DNA of 64,000 nt from Methanolobus sp. (GCA_030154025.1 JASKKT010000002.1:4958-68957), one strand, 5' to 3'; positions 26,560 through 35,844 are shown, counted from the first letter of the stretch. Notes: generated from the sequence alone by a model not told the origin. A program made the numbers and translations.

Positions 26560-27273
26560 TCAGTTATTTTTTATGTACCCGTCTTTTATGTGCACTACCC
26601 GGTCCACATATTTTTCCATCTCAGGGTCGTGGGTGATCATCACTATTGTGCATCCGTTGCGATGCAATTCCGAGAATATGCCCAGTATCTCCTCACTGGT
26701 CTTTGAATCAAGGTTCCCGGTAGGTTCGTCGGCAAGGATTAGGGAAGGCTCATTTATCAGGGATCTGGCTATAGCGACCCTCTGGCGCTGCCCTCCGGAG
26801 AGCTCGGTAGGCCTGTGGTCCATGCGGTCATCAAGACCGACCAGCTTTAACAGGTCTTTAGCCCTTTGCGGAGAATTGTGCCCTTTCCTTGAATTGGAGT
26901 AGGTCGGAAGCAGCACGTTCTCGTATGCACTTAAGCGTGGTATCAGGTTGAAGCTCTGGAAAACGAAACCAATCTCAAAACCCCGGAGCTCGGCGAGCTC
27001 GTTATCGGAGATGGCAAGTGTATCCTTGCCCATGAGCACGACCTTACCGCTTGTGGGCCTGTCCAGGCAGCCTATCATGTTCATCAGGGTGCTCTTTCCC
27101 GAGCCTGAGGGCCCCATTATTGCAACGAATTCACCCTTTTTAACGCAGAGATCGATCCCGTGAAGGATAGGTACTTCTATATCCCCGAGGCGATAGCTCT
27201 TCCTGAGATCACAAATATCGATTACAATATCATTGCCTTCTGCAACTGAACGATCCAAGTCCTTGCCAACCAT
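26560..27273 (-). CDS. ABC transporter ATP-binding protein, MacB/LolD-type (module A)
   Basis: Walker A GPSGSGKST, Q-loop, signature LSGGQRQRVAIARSL, Walker B ILADEPTGNLD. The ATG at 27273 is preceded by GAGGT; the track start is 27321. Confidence 0.9.
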   Translation of the reverse strand: MVGKDLDRSVAEGNDIVIDICDLRKSYRLGDIEVPILHGIDLCVKKGEFVAIMGPSGSGKSTLMNMIGCLDRPTSGKVVLMGKDTLAISDNELAELRGFEIGFVFQSFNLIPRLSAYENVLLPTYSNSRKGHNSPQRAKDLLKLVGLDDRMDHRPTELSGGQRQRVAIARSLINEPSLILADEPTGNLDSKTSEEILGIFSELHRNGCTIVMITHDPEMEKYVDRVVHIKDGYIKNN

Positions 27274-27400
27274 GCATATACCTCTAGTATCCAGTCGGAA
27301 AACTCGTCTATTTTTCGACAAGTCAGACTATTCGATATAAGTACTTAAAGCTTTCTATAAATCGACGGGTTGGTCCAATAAATAAAAGAAATGCATAATA

Positions 27401-28615
27401 TCACTCGTGCCTGAGAGCTTCCACCGGATCCAGGCTGGCAGCCCTGCTGGCCGGATAGACACCTGCAATAAGCCCGACAATTACCGATATGATAAAGCCC
27501 AGGAAGATCAGATACACCGGGAAGACGCGGGGGATATCAAGATAAGTCTCGACCGCAAAGGACCCTGCCATTCCGAGCAGGGTTCCCAGAATACCTCCGA
27601 TGACGCCCACAACAATGGATTCAAGCATGAAGAGCGTCAGGATATCGGACCTTGTGTAGCCCAGGGATTTCAGCAGGCCAATCTCCTTCGTTCTTTCGGT
27701 CACGGTCACCAGCATGATGTTCATAATGCCGATGGAACCCACAAGCAGGGCCACCAGGGCTATGATAGTTATCAGTATGGTTAGGGAATTGGAGAGCATA
27801 TCGAGTTGCTCAAGGATGTCCGCCTGATTGAAGATGCGGTACGGTTTCGCATCCTCATTGTCAATATCACGTGCCGGAACACCAAGATTCCTTGCGAGGC
27901 GCCTGTTCACCTCTTCTGAGACCGGCCTTACGGACTCCGCACTGGCGGTCTTTGCCGAAAAGCCGCTATAATCTTCCACCCCGAGGATCTCGTTCATGGT
28001 CCGGATAGGGATATAGATAGCCACGTCCCTGTCAGGTCCGCCCTGGACAAAGGTGTTATCCTCACCTTCCAGTACTCCCTTGACCCTGAACTTCTGGGTC
28101 ACAGTGGTGCCATCGTTCCTGCGGAAAGTTATATCGATATAGTTCTTGACAGGGACATCCCTCCCGAATTTTTCCTCGGCCACCTCCTTCCCCAGGACTG
28201 CCACATACCGGTCCTTGTCTGTGAGGAAACTTCCGGATGCAACAGGCAGGTTGGATATCTCCTGGGCATCCGCACTTACCCCCTGCACATCTATCTGCCG
28301 GGTAGCTGACATGTAAGTGACGGCAGCAGTCTGCTGGTTGAAGGCTGAGGCGCCCACCACCCCAGGCGTGTTCCTGATCACTTCAAGCTGGGCATCGTAG
28401 AATATATTCACATCCTGGCTGTAGATGATAATGAAATTAGAGCCAAGAGAGCCAAGCTCATCAGTGAAGTACTGGTTAAAGCTTGTACCCAAGGAAACAT
28501 TGGCAACCACTGCAGCCACTCCTATGATTATCCCAAGCATGGTAAGGGCCGAACGCAGCTTTGCGCTCCTGATGCTGCCAAGTGCTATGACCAGTGCCTG
28601 CCTGATATCCATCAT
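27401..28615 (-). CDS. ABC transporter permease, MacB/FtsX family (module B, distal)
   Basis: 404 aa with the same architecture as 24079-25314, ending GVYPASRAASLDPVEALRHE. Confidence 0.9.
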   Translation of the reverse strand: MMDIRQALVIALGSIRSAKLRSALTMLGIIIGVAAVVANVSLGTSFNQYFTDELGSLGSNFIIIYSQDVNIFYDAQLEVIRNTPGVVGASAFNQQTAAVTYMSATRQIDVQGVSADAQEISNLPVASGSFLTDKDRYVAVLGKEVAEEKFGRDVPVKNYIDITFRRNDGTTVTQKFRVKGVLEGEDNTFVQGGPDRDVAIYIPIRTMNEILGVEDYSGFSAKTASAESVRPVSEEVNRRLARNLGVPARDIDNEDAKPYRIFNQADILEQLDMLSNSLTILITIIALVALLVGSIGIMNIMLVTVTERTKEIGLLKSLGYTRSDILTLFMLESIVVGVIGGILGTLLGMAGSFAVETYLDIPRVFPVYLIFLGFIISVIVGLIAGVYPASRAASLDPVEALRHE

Positions 28616-28616
28616 C

Positions 28617-29831
28617 CTACTCCTTCCTCAGCGCTTCAACGGGATCCATCCTTGCAGCCTTGTTGGCAGGGTAGACCCCTGCAACAAGGCCCACGCCTAC
28701 AGCCATCACAAAACCTATTGCTATCTGTCCTGCAGGGAAAATATTGGGCAGCTCAAGATAACTGTTTACCAGGAGAGCGGCAGCAACTCCCAGAGTTACT
28801 CCAAGTATCCCACCTATCAGTCCCACTATCATCGACTCTATGATGAATAATGTCAGAATATCCTTCTTTGTGAAACCCAGTGCCTTCATCAGGCCGATCT
28901 CCCTTGTCCTTTCAGCAACAGTGACCAGCATGATATTCATTATCCCGATAGAGCCTACAATGAGAGAGATAAGGGCAACTGAGGTCAGAAGGGCTGTTAA
29001 GGCTGCTGATAACTGGCCTGTCTGTTCCAGTATCTCAAGCTGGTCAAAGAGCACATAGGGTTTTGCATCATCGTTCTCAAGGTCCCTGTTGGGTACTCCA
29101 AGGCTGCGGGCCAGACGCCTGTCTATCTCATCCCCGGTTGTTCCAACAAGCTCCAGGCTCTCAGCCTTGATGAAGAAACCTCCGTAATAATCAATGCCCA
29201 GTATTTCGTTCATGGTCTCAATGGGTATGAAAATCCGGATCTCAGGTTCAACACCGGTCTGTGCAAAAGTCGTGTTGGGATCCTGTATCACACCTTTGAC
29301 TATGAACTTCTGGGTGACGACACCCCCGTCCTCACGCCGGAATGTGATCTCTATGGGGTTCTTTACTGATATCTTCTTATCGAACTTCTCATTGGCAACT
29401 TCCGCACCCAGCACGGCAACATACCTGTCATTATCGGTCAGGAACTCACCTGACTCCATCCTGATGTTCGCTACCTCGTCATAGTCCTCGTTCACCCCCT
29501 GAATATCGATCTGCCTCGACGTGGAAAGATATGTCACCCTCGCCATCTGCTGGTTTATAGGAGATGCACCGGCAACACCGGGGGTATTCCTTATGAGATC
29601 AAGCTGGTTATCATAGAAGATATTGGTGTTCTGACTGTAGATAACAATGAAATTGGAGCCTACAGCACCTATCTCGTCAGTGAAGTACTGGTTGAAGCTG
29701 GCACCCAGAGTAACATTGGCGATCACAGCTGCAACACCTATAACGATGCCTAGGGTCGTGAGGGCCGACCTGAGCTTGGAACTGCCTATGCTTCCCAGGG
29801 ATATACCCAAAGACTGCTTGAGGCTCAGCAT
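28617..29831 (-). CDS. ABC transporter permease, MacB/FtsX family (module B, proximal)
   Basis: 404 aa with the same architecture, ending GVYPANKAARMDPVEALRKE. A 1-nt gap separates it from the next permease. Confidence 0.9.
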   Translation of the reverse strand: MLSLKQSLGISLGSIGSSKLRSALTTLGIVIGVAAVIANVTLGASFNQYFTDEIGAVGSNFIVIYSQNTNIFYDNQLDLIRNTPGVAGASPINQQMARVTYLSTSRQIDIQGVNEDYDEVANIRMESGEFLTDNDRYVAVLGAEVANEKFDKKISVKNPIEITFRREDGGVVTQKFIVKGVIQDPNTTFAQTGVEPEIRIFIPIETMNEILGIDYYGGFFIKAESLELVGTTGDEIDRRLARSLGVPNRDLENDDAKPYVLFDQLEILEQTGQLSAALTALLTSVALISLIVGSIGIMNIMLVTVAERTREIGLMKALGFTKKDILTLFIIESMIVGLIGGILGVTLGVAAALLVNSYLELPNIFPAGQIAIGFVMAVGVGLVAGVYPANKAARMDPVEALRKE

Positions 29832-29842
29832 TGGTCAGGCAC

Positions 29843-31093
29843 CTATTCTTTATTCTTCCTGCGCCTGTACATCATATAGCCTACGACAGCGAGTGCCGCA
29901 AGCAGTATCACGGCCAGCGCAATACCAGGACCGTTGTCATCCCGTACTTCAACACTGCGCAGCTGCCGGGTGTCTACCACAGAGGAGTGCTGATTGACAC
30001 CGTTCCTGTAATTGGCGATAATGGTCATATCTCTCGGGGAGAATGATTCATTGTCAGCAGAAGCCGCTTCGAACTGGATGGTAAAGAGCTCGTCAGGATC
30101 CATGGAACCTATGAAATATTCTGATGGAGAGAACTCTATGCCTTCGGCCTGGAGGCGCACGCTCACGGAGGAGAGCCTGTTGGGATGGATGTTGGCGACA
30201 TCGAACTCAAGAGTGCCTGCACCGTTCTCGAGGACCAGAGGGCTTGAAGGTATGACCCTGACAGAGGACGAGTCGATCCTTACAGGAATCCTCCAGTTGT
30301 TGCTTAAAGCATGGGAGTTGCCCTCAACAGCAAGGTAAAGATAATATGTCCCGTCCTCAACTTCATCGCCCACCCGGATATTGTATGTGAGGTTAACAGA
30401 CTCCCCCGGCCCGATAATGCCGCTGCCGTAATATGTGCCTGTTGTGACCTCTATGCCATCGGTACTCTCAAGGGAGGCAGACTGTATCCTGGCATTGGTG
30501 TCAAACTCTTCTCCTCCCATCACCACTGTCGGCGAGGTGGCTGCGTTCACCAGAGTGAGCCTGATAATACCCCTGTCACCGGGCATGAATACATCGGGTT
30601 CCATTACAGGACTTCCCTGAAGCTGTACGCTGCCCCTGCTGTTAAAGGTGCTTAACCCGACCCTTATATCGAATTCATCTTTGTACCAGATGCCTTCATT
30701 GCCTACCCTGTACCACACTTCTATAGTTTCAACGCCGTCCCTTGCATTCTCATCCACAAACAGGCGGTATTCATGGACTGCCGCTCTCTCGGGGTTCAGT
30801 ACTCCTGTAGTCTTGTTGGCATTCGCAGGTGCATCCAGGCTGAAAGGATATTCCGGCACCAATCGTACTGCCACATTTTCCGCTCTTGAGAAACCGATGT
30901 TCTCTATCTTGACCCATACGGTCACGTATTCCCCTATCTCTGCAGGGACAGGCTGGTACTGCAATATGCTTACCTTCAGGTCCGCCCCATTTGCGGCCGC
31001 TGCAGGCGTGCAGATCAAAGCAGATACTAAGACGAGCCCGATTACCCAGGCAGACATCGTGTACATTTTCCGGTAACTGAATGACACTGACAT
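29843..31093 (-). CDS. Secreted, C-terminally anchored triple Ig-like (COG1361/CARDB-type) protein (module B)
   Basis: 416 aa and collinear with the module A paralogue. Shared blocks are HEYRLFVD, PDVFMPGDRG, DTNAR.QSASL, YGSGIIGPG, EDGTYYL, NNWRIPVRIDSS, EFDVAN, SVSVRL and DELFTIQ. The C-terminus is NGPGIALAVILLAALAVVGYMMYRRRKNKE. Confidence 0.75.
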   Translation of the reverse strand: MSVSFSYRKMYTMSAWVIGLVLVSALICTPAAAANGADLKVSILQYQPVPAEIGEYVTVWVKIENIGFSRAENVAVRLVPEYPFSLDAPANANKTTGVLNPERAAVHEYRLFVDENARDGVETIEVWYRVGNEGIWYKDEFDIRVGLSTFNSRGSVQLQGSPVMEPDVFMPGDRGIIRLTLVNAATSPTVVMGGEEFDTNARIQSASLESTDGIEVTTGTYYGSGIIGPGESVNLTYNIRVGDEVEDGTYYLYLAVEGNSHALSNNWRIPVRIDSSSVRVIPSSPLVLENGAGTLEFDVANIHPNRLSSVSVRLQAEGIEFSPSEYFIGSMDPDELFTIQFEAASADNESFSPRDMTIIANYRNGVNQHSSVVDTRQLRSVEVRDDNGPGIALAVILLAALAVVGYMMYRRRKNKE

Positions 31094-31102
31094 ATTTTCT
31101 CC

Positions 31103-31810
31103 TCAGGTTGCACCTATCACCCCATCCTTAAGATGGACAAACCGGTCCGCATATTCCGCAAGACCGGGATCGTGGGTGATCATTATGATCGTTCTTCCCT
31201 TGTTATGGAGATCCGTGAAAATACCCATTATCTCCTTACCACTCTTTGAATCGAGGTTCCCGGTAGGTTCGTCGGCCAGTATAAGAGAAGGATCGTTGAT
31301 CAGGGCCCTGGCAATGGCCACACGCTGCTGCTGGCCGCCTGAGAGCGCCGTTGGCTTGTAGTCCATGCGGTCCTGCAGACCGACCAGCCCAATGAGCTCC
31401 CTTGCCTTTTTCCTGCTGTCTACACCTTCCTTTTTGTTGGCATATGTAGGAAGTTCCACATTCTGGAGAGCACTCAGGCGGGGAACGAGATTGAAGTTCT
31501 GGAACACAAAACCGATCTCAAAACCCCTGAGCCTCGCAAGCTCAGTGTCCGTGAGCCGGCTGACATCCTTACCCATTATCAGGACACTACCACAGGTCGG
31601 CCTGTCCAGGCAGCCTATCATGTTCATCAGGGTGCTCTTTCCGGAACCGGATGGACCCATTATCGCAACGAACTCACCCTTCTTCACAGACAGGTCTATG
31701 CTCTTCAGGATTGGTACTTCCATATCCCCTACCTGATAGCTCTTGCACAGGCTGACAAGTTCAATAACGGATTCTCTTTTATCCGCACCAGTCTCGATCG
31801 ATTCGCCCAT
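31103..31810 (-). CDS. ABC transporter ATP-binding protein, MacB/LolD-type (module B)
   Basis: Walker A GPSGSGKST, LSGGQQQRVAIARAL, ILADEPTGNLD. A close paralogue of 26560-27273. I prefer the ATG at 31810 (MGESIE...); the track start is 31867. Confidence 0.9.
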   Translation of the reverse strand: MGESIETGADKRESVIELVSLCKSYQVGDMEVPILKSIDLSVKKGEFVAIMGPSGSGKSTLMNMIGCLDRPTCGSVLIMGKDVSRLTDTELARLRGFEIGFVFQNFNLVPRLSALQNVELPTYANKKEGVDSRKKARELIGLVGLQDRMDYKPTALSGGQQQRVAIARALINDPSLILADEPTGNLDSKSGKEIMGIFTDLHNKGRTIIMITHDPGLAEYADRFVHLKDGVIGAT

Positions 31811-32062
31811 TGTTATTCCCCGCGTATAACACTGAGTCCACCGTTTAATACGGCTTATCCCGGACACTTTTTAAAAATCAAATGGCATGGTGAATGACTG
31901 CAGATAAAAGAGAACTGTTCTGAAATATAAACTGTTGCTTTGGGCTGCACTTCAGACAGATTTGTGACAAAATATAAATATATCTTTCACGTAAAGAATT
32001 TGTCTATTAATCGTCGAGTCTGAATATAAAAATATTAAACCTGATTTCGCGGAGCTAGAAAC

Positions 32063-32680
32063 ATGCTGGAAGTATTAACCGATCCTAACGGGTTCTTCAA
32101 AAGGAAAAGTAATGAGCCAATAGAATTCAAAATGCCCATAGTAATTATTCTTATAATGGCGATAGTCGCGGCAGCCACTGCAGTTATAGTGACGCAGAAC
32201 GTAATGGGAACACTTCCTGAGGAGGCAGCAGCCTTTGCAGGAATAGGCGCTGCGGTGGCAGCCATATTTGCAGTTATCGGGACATTTATAGCATGGGCTA
32301 TCTACGGTGTGATATTCTATGTAATATCGATGCTTTTCCACGGAGAAGGTAGTTTCAAAAGGGTAATGGAATTCGTATCGTATGGATTTATACCCTCTAT
32401 CATAAGTTCCATAGTCAGTGCATTCTACACTTCCAGAGTTTATTCTAACATCGACTTCTCTAACCCCGAGCTTATACAGGATGCACTGCTGGCCGACCCG
32501 ACCCTCAGGATCGCCGGGATAATAGGGATCATATTCACACTCTGGAGCGCTAACATATGGATATTCGCACTTGCCCATTCCAGGAACCTGTCCGTAAAGA
32601 ATGCAGCTATCGTTGTGGGAGTACCCATCCTGCTCAGCATACTTTACTCAATATACCAACTCGGGATCTTTGGTGCATGA
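32063..32680 (+). CDS. Yip1-domain integral membrane protein (module C leader gene)
   Basis: 205 aa. N-terminal MLEVLTDPNGFFKRK followed by five hydrophobic helices, as in Yip1/DUF1282 proteins. An ATGA overlap links it to the next gene. Confidence 0.65.
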   Translation: MLEVLTDPNGFFKRKSNEPIEFKMPIVIILIMAIVAAATAVIVTQNVMGTLPEEAAAFAGIGAAVAAIFAVIGTFIAWAIYGVIFYVISMLFHGEGSFKRVMEFVSYGFIPSIISSIVSAFYTSRVYSNIDFSNPELIQDALLADPTLRIAGIIGIIFTLWSANIWIFALAHSRNLSVKNAAIVVGVPILLSILYSIYQLGIFGA

Positions 32681-33984
32681 AAGTGAGATCGTGCCTGAGA
32701 ATATTCCTTGCAGCCATCCTTATCGTGGCCGCGTTTTCCCCCTCTGCACTTGGGGCCACCAGCAACAGGGAAGTGCGCCCGACTGTCAGCCTGACCTATG
32801 ATATAGAACCCTCGGTCTTCATGCCAGGAGACACGGGCATCATTACTGTCACCCTTCAGAATATGGCTACCGGCAGAGTGTACATCACAGAGGATGATGA
32901 GACGCTGAGCATGAACGCATATATCGCCAGCGCGACCCTTGGAGGGAACGGTAATTTCGAGGTGCTTGACAGCAGCCACACCAATGTCGGCCTGCTTGGG
33001 CCCCAGGACACCATCAAGCTCTCCTTCAATGTCAGGGCAAAGAACACAGCTTCTGCAGGAACGCATTTCCTGAATCTGCAACTTGTGGGCGGGAGCAACA
33101 TGTACAATCTTAATTACAGGATCCCTGTCAAGGTAGATGACCGCGACCTGCAGATCATCCTCCCTAACATGCCTTCCACGCTCATGAACGAGGTTTCCAC
33201 CATCAGTGTGGAGGTCGTCAACAGAAGGCCGAATGGAGTTACAAGTGTCATTGTGACTCCTGAAGCTGAAGGGATGACGTTCACACCCTCCGAATACTTC
33301 ATCGGGTCCATCCCTGCAGGAAACAAATCAACAGCGACATTCACTCTGAACACTATGCACAGCAGCCCGGAGAAGCGGGATGTATCGTTCGTTGTCTCTT
33401 ACTTCAACGGGGATAACCTGCGCCAGACCGGTAAGCTCACAAGGCAGGTGGAGGTAATAGGCCAGCACTCCCTGATATTCACATCCCTGGAGGTATACAG
33501 GGCAGGGAACAGGTATACGGTCTCAGGGGACCTGAACAATTTCGGCATCACTGATGCAAAGAATGTGATGATATCAGTGGCAGAGTCTGACAAGGTATTA
33601 GCTGTTCAGCCCTATGCGCGGTATTACATCGGGACCCTTGAGACCGATGACTTCAGCAGTTTCGAACTGTCTGCGCAGGCAGTGTCAGGCAATGTCGCAA
33701 GCATACCAGTGATCATCGAGTTCAGGGACCCAAACAATGCCTACATGTCCATCCGGGAGAATATCTCTGTCAGCACCAACAGTATCGCTTCTGCTTCTGC
33801 AACCTCAGGAGACGAGAAGGACAGTCCCTTCATGCTCTGGGCAGTTGCAGGAATCCTTTCAGTGGGAATAGCTGCACTGATATATAATTCATGGAAGAAG
33901 CGCAGAGAAGATGAAGGCGACAGGGGTCAGCAAGAGCAGGAAGATGAAGACGAGGATGAAGACGAAGATCTCCCTGACAACTGA
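32677..33984 (+). CDS. Secreted, C-terminally anchored multi-Ig-like (COG1361/CARDB-type) protein with an acidic cytoplasmic tail (module C)
   Basis: Starts MKVRSCLRIFLAAILIVAAFSPSALG (signal peptide). It shares EPSVFMPGDTG, YIASATLGG, NLNYRIPVKVDD and SEYFIGS blocks with the A/B paralogues. A C-terminal TM is followed by KKRREDEGDRGQQEQEDEDEDEDEDLPDN. Confidence 0.75.
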   Translation: MKVRSCLRIFLAAILIVAAFSPSALGATSNREVRPTVSLTYDIEPSVFMPGDTGIITVTLQNMATGRVYITEDDETLSMNAYIASATLGGNGNFEVLDSSHTNVGLLGPQDTIKLSFNVRAKNTASAGTHFLNLQLVGGSNMYNLNYRIPVKVDDRDLQIILPNMPSTLMNEVSTISVEVVNRRPNGVTSVIVTPEAEGMTFTPSEYFIGSIPAGNKSTATFTLNTMHSSPEKRDVSFVVSYFNGDNLRQTGKLTRQVEVIGQHSLIFTSLEVYRAGNRYTVSGDLNNFGITDAKNVMISVAESDKVLAVQPYARYYIGTLETDDFSSFELSAQAVSGNVASIPVIIEFRDPNNAYMSIRENISVSTNSIASASATSGDEKDSPFMLWAVAGILSVGIAALIYNSWKKRREDEGDRGQQEQEDEDEDEDEDLPDN

Positions 33985-33995
33985 ATGGTGCGGAT

Positions 33996-34682
33996 ATGCC
34001 AGAGACCATTGTAGAAATAAAGAAAGTGACAAAGATCTATACCCTCGGAGCGAACAAGATCTATGCGCTCAATAAGGTCAGTGCAAAGATAGAGAAGGGG
34101 GATTTTGTCACTATAATGGGTTCCTCGGGCTCCGGGAAGAGCACCCTGCTTAACATGCTCGGCTGCCTTGACCTGCCCACCAGCGGCAAGGTGCTGATCA
34201 ATAATACGGACCTCTCCAACCTTGATGATGACGGGCTCACTTCCCTGAGAAGGAACAATATAGGTTTTATCTTCCAGCAGTTCAACCTGATCCAGACACT
34301 GACGGCCGTTGAGAATGTGGAGATACCCATGATATTCAATGGCGCATCCCCGCAAAAGCGCAGAAAGAGAGCACTTAAGCTGCTACAGAAAGCCCAGCTT
34401 CCCCCGGAGTATGCTCACCACAAGCCCAATGAGCTCTCAGGAGGCCAGCAGCAGCGTGTGGCCATTGCCAGGGCTCTTGCGAACAACCCGCCCATACTTC
34501 TTGCCGATGAGCCCACAGGTAACCTGGATACAAAGACAGGCCATGGGGTAATGGAACTCCTGAGAGAGCTGAACCAAGCCGGCACCACTGTAATTGTGGT
34601 CACACACGACCCCAGGATGGAAGAGTATTCCCGCACCACAATAAGACTGCAGGACGGAGAGATAGTTAATGAAGATACCTGA
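33996..34682 (+). CDS. ABC transporter ATP-binding protein, MacB/LolD-type (module C)
   Basis: 228 aa with Walker A GSSGSGKST, LSGGQQQRVAIARAL and LLADEPTGNLD. Confidence 0.9.
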   Translation: MPETIVEIKKVTKIYTLGANKIYALNKVSAKIEKGDFVTIMGSSGSGKSTLLNMLGCLDLPTSGKVLINNTDLSNLDDDGLTSLRRNNIGFIFQQFNLIQTLTAVENVEIPMIFNGASPQKRRKRALKLLQKAQLPPEYAHHKPNELSGGQQQRVAIARALANNPPILLADEPTGNLDTKTGHGVMELLRELNQAGTTVIVVTHDPRMEEYSRTTIRLQDGEIVNEDT

Positions 34683-35844
34683 TCCCCTGAAAAATAACAT
34701 GTACGCCGAGCTTGCCAGGAGGAACCTGAAGAGGCAGGCAGTCCGCACGATGCTTGCAGCCATCGGGATCATCATAGGGGTCATAGCCATATCCTCCATG
34801 GGCATCCTCGGGAACAGCCTGAAGCTCTCGGTCACTGATTCCTTTTCCGATATAGGGGACAAGATAATAGTCTATCCGGCCCCGGGGGAAGACTACATCA
34901 CTGATAAACAGGTAGACCAGATAAAAAAGGTCAGCAACATCGAAAGCGTGATACCTGTTAGATCAGGCGGAGAGGTGGTCGAGTATAAAAAAGGCGGGAC
35001 CACTTTCCAGTACTACGTTTCGGTCTATGACCTGAAAAAGGAGGATCTTGACAAGCTTGCAGACCTCGAGCAGGGACGCTATTTCAAACCGGGGTCAACT
35101 GAGTGCGTTGTAGGTTCCGGTATTGCCAAGAACCTGGACCTGAGTCTCGGGCAGAAGATAGAGATAGACGGCACGAATTTACGGGTTGTCGGCATACTCA
35201 GGGAGAGGGGCCTTGGATTTGACATCAGCACCGACAGCGGGGTATTCACATCCTCGGAAATGTATGAGAAGCTGTATCCTGATGCTGATGACGGCTACGG
35301 CACGGTCATAGTTGTAGTGAAGGATATCAATAAAATAGATCCCGTCATGGAGGGCATTGAGGAGCGTCTCAACAAAAAGGAAGACACCGTCACGGTCTTT
35401 GCCACGAATTCAATAACCGAGAGCCTTGACAGTGTGTTCAGGTCAGTTTCCCTCTTCCTGATGGGCATAGGCTCGATATCACTGCTTGTTGCAGGCGTGA
35501 GCATACTTAACGTAATGCTCATGTCAACCATGGAAAGGACAAAAGAGATAGGCATAATGAAAGCCGTGGGAGCTTCAAGAAAAGACATACTGAAGATGTT
35601 CCTGCTTGAAGCATTGTTCCTGGGACTCATAGCCAGCACCGCAGGGGCAATACTGACCCTCGGAGGCAGTTATCTCATAATGGCACTGCTTGTCAAGAAC
35701 ACATCTTACCTGCTGACATTCTCAAGCATGTTCTATGTGCTGGAAGGCTTCCTTTTCGGCATAGCCACAAGCCTTCTTGGGGGCATGTACCCTGCATGGA
35801 AAGCCTCGATGATGAAGCCGCTGGATGCGCTCAGATACGAATGA
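34669..35844 (+). CDS. ABC transporter permease, MacB/FtsX family (module C, first)
   Basis: 391 aa. N-terminal TM, an extracytoplasmic domain, three C-terminal TMs, and an end of GMYPAWKASMMKPLDALRYE. It overlaps the ATPase gene by 14 nt. Confidence 0.9.
   Translation: MKIPDPLKNNMYAELARRNLKRQAVRTMLAAIGIIIGVIAISSMGILGNSLKLSVTDSFSDIGDKIIVYPAPGEDYITDKQVDQIKKVSNIESVIPVRSGGEVVEYKKGGTTFQYYVSVYDLKKEDLDKLADLEQGRYFKPGSTECVVGSGIAKNLDLSLGQKIEIDGTNLRVVGILRERGLGFDISTDSGVFTSSEMYEKLYPDADDGYGTVIVVVKDINKIDPVMEGIEERLNKKEDTVTVFATNSITESLDSVFRSVSLFLMGIGSISLLVAGVSILNVMLMSTMERTKEIGIMKAVGASRKDILKMFLLEALFLGLIASTAGAILTLGGSYLIMALLVKNTSYLLTFSSMFYVLEGFLFGIATSLLGGMYPAWKASMMKPLDALRYE

Noticed and set aside
24079-31867. 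The duplicated ABC modules as a mobile element or genomic island
   Set aside because: I could find no integrase, transposase, flanking direct or inverted repeats, or tRNA-adjacent junction. Composition matches the surroundings, so this looks like in-situ tandem duplication.
32557-32676. Upstream extension of the module C Ig-like gene
   Set aside because: The extension lies inside the Yip1 gene in another frame. The ATG at 32677 yields a classical signal peptide and an ATGA coupling junction.
33927-33984. A GAA/GAT/GAC/GAG codon run that looks like a microsatellite
   Set aside because: It is in frame and encodes the acidic cytoplasmic tail (EDEDEDEDEDED) of the module C protein. The codons vary, so it is not a perfect tandem DNA repeat likely to act as a phase-variation tract.
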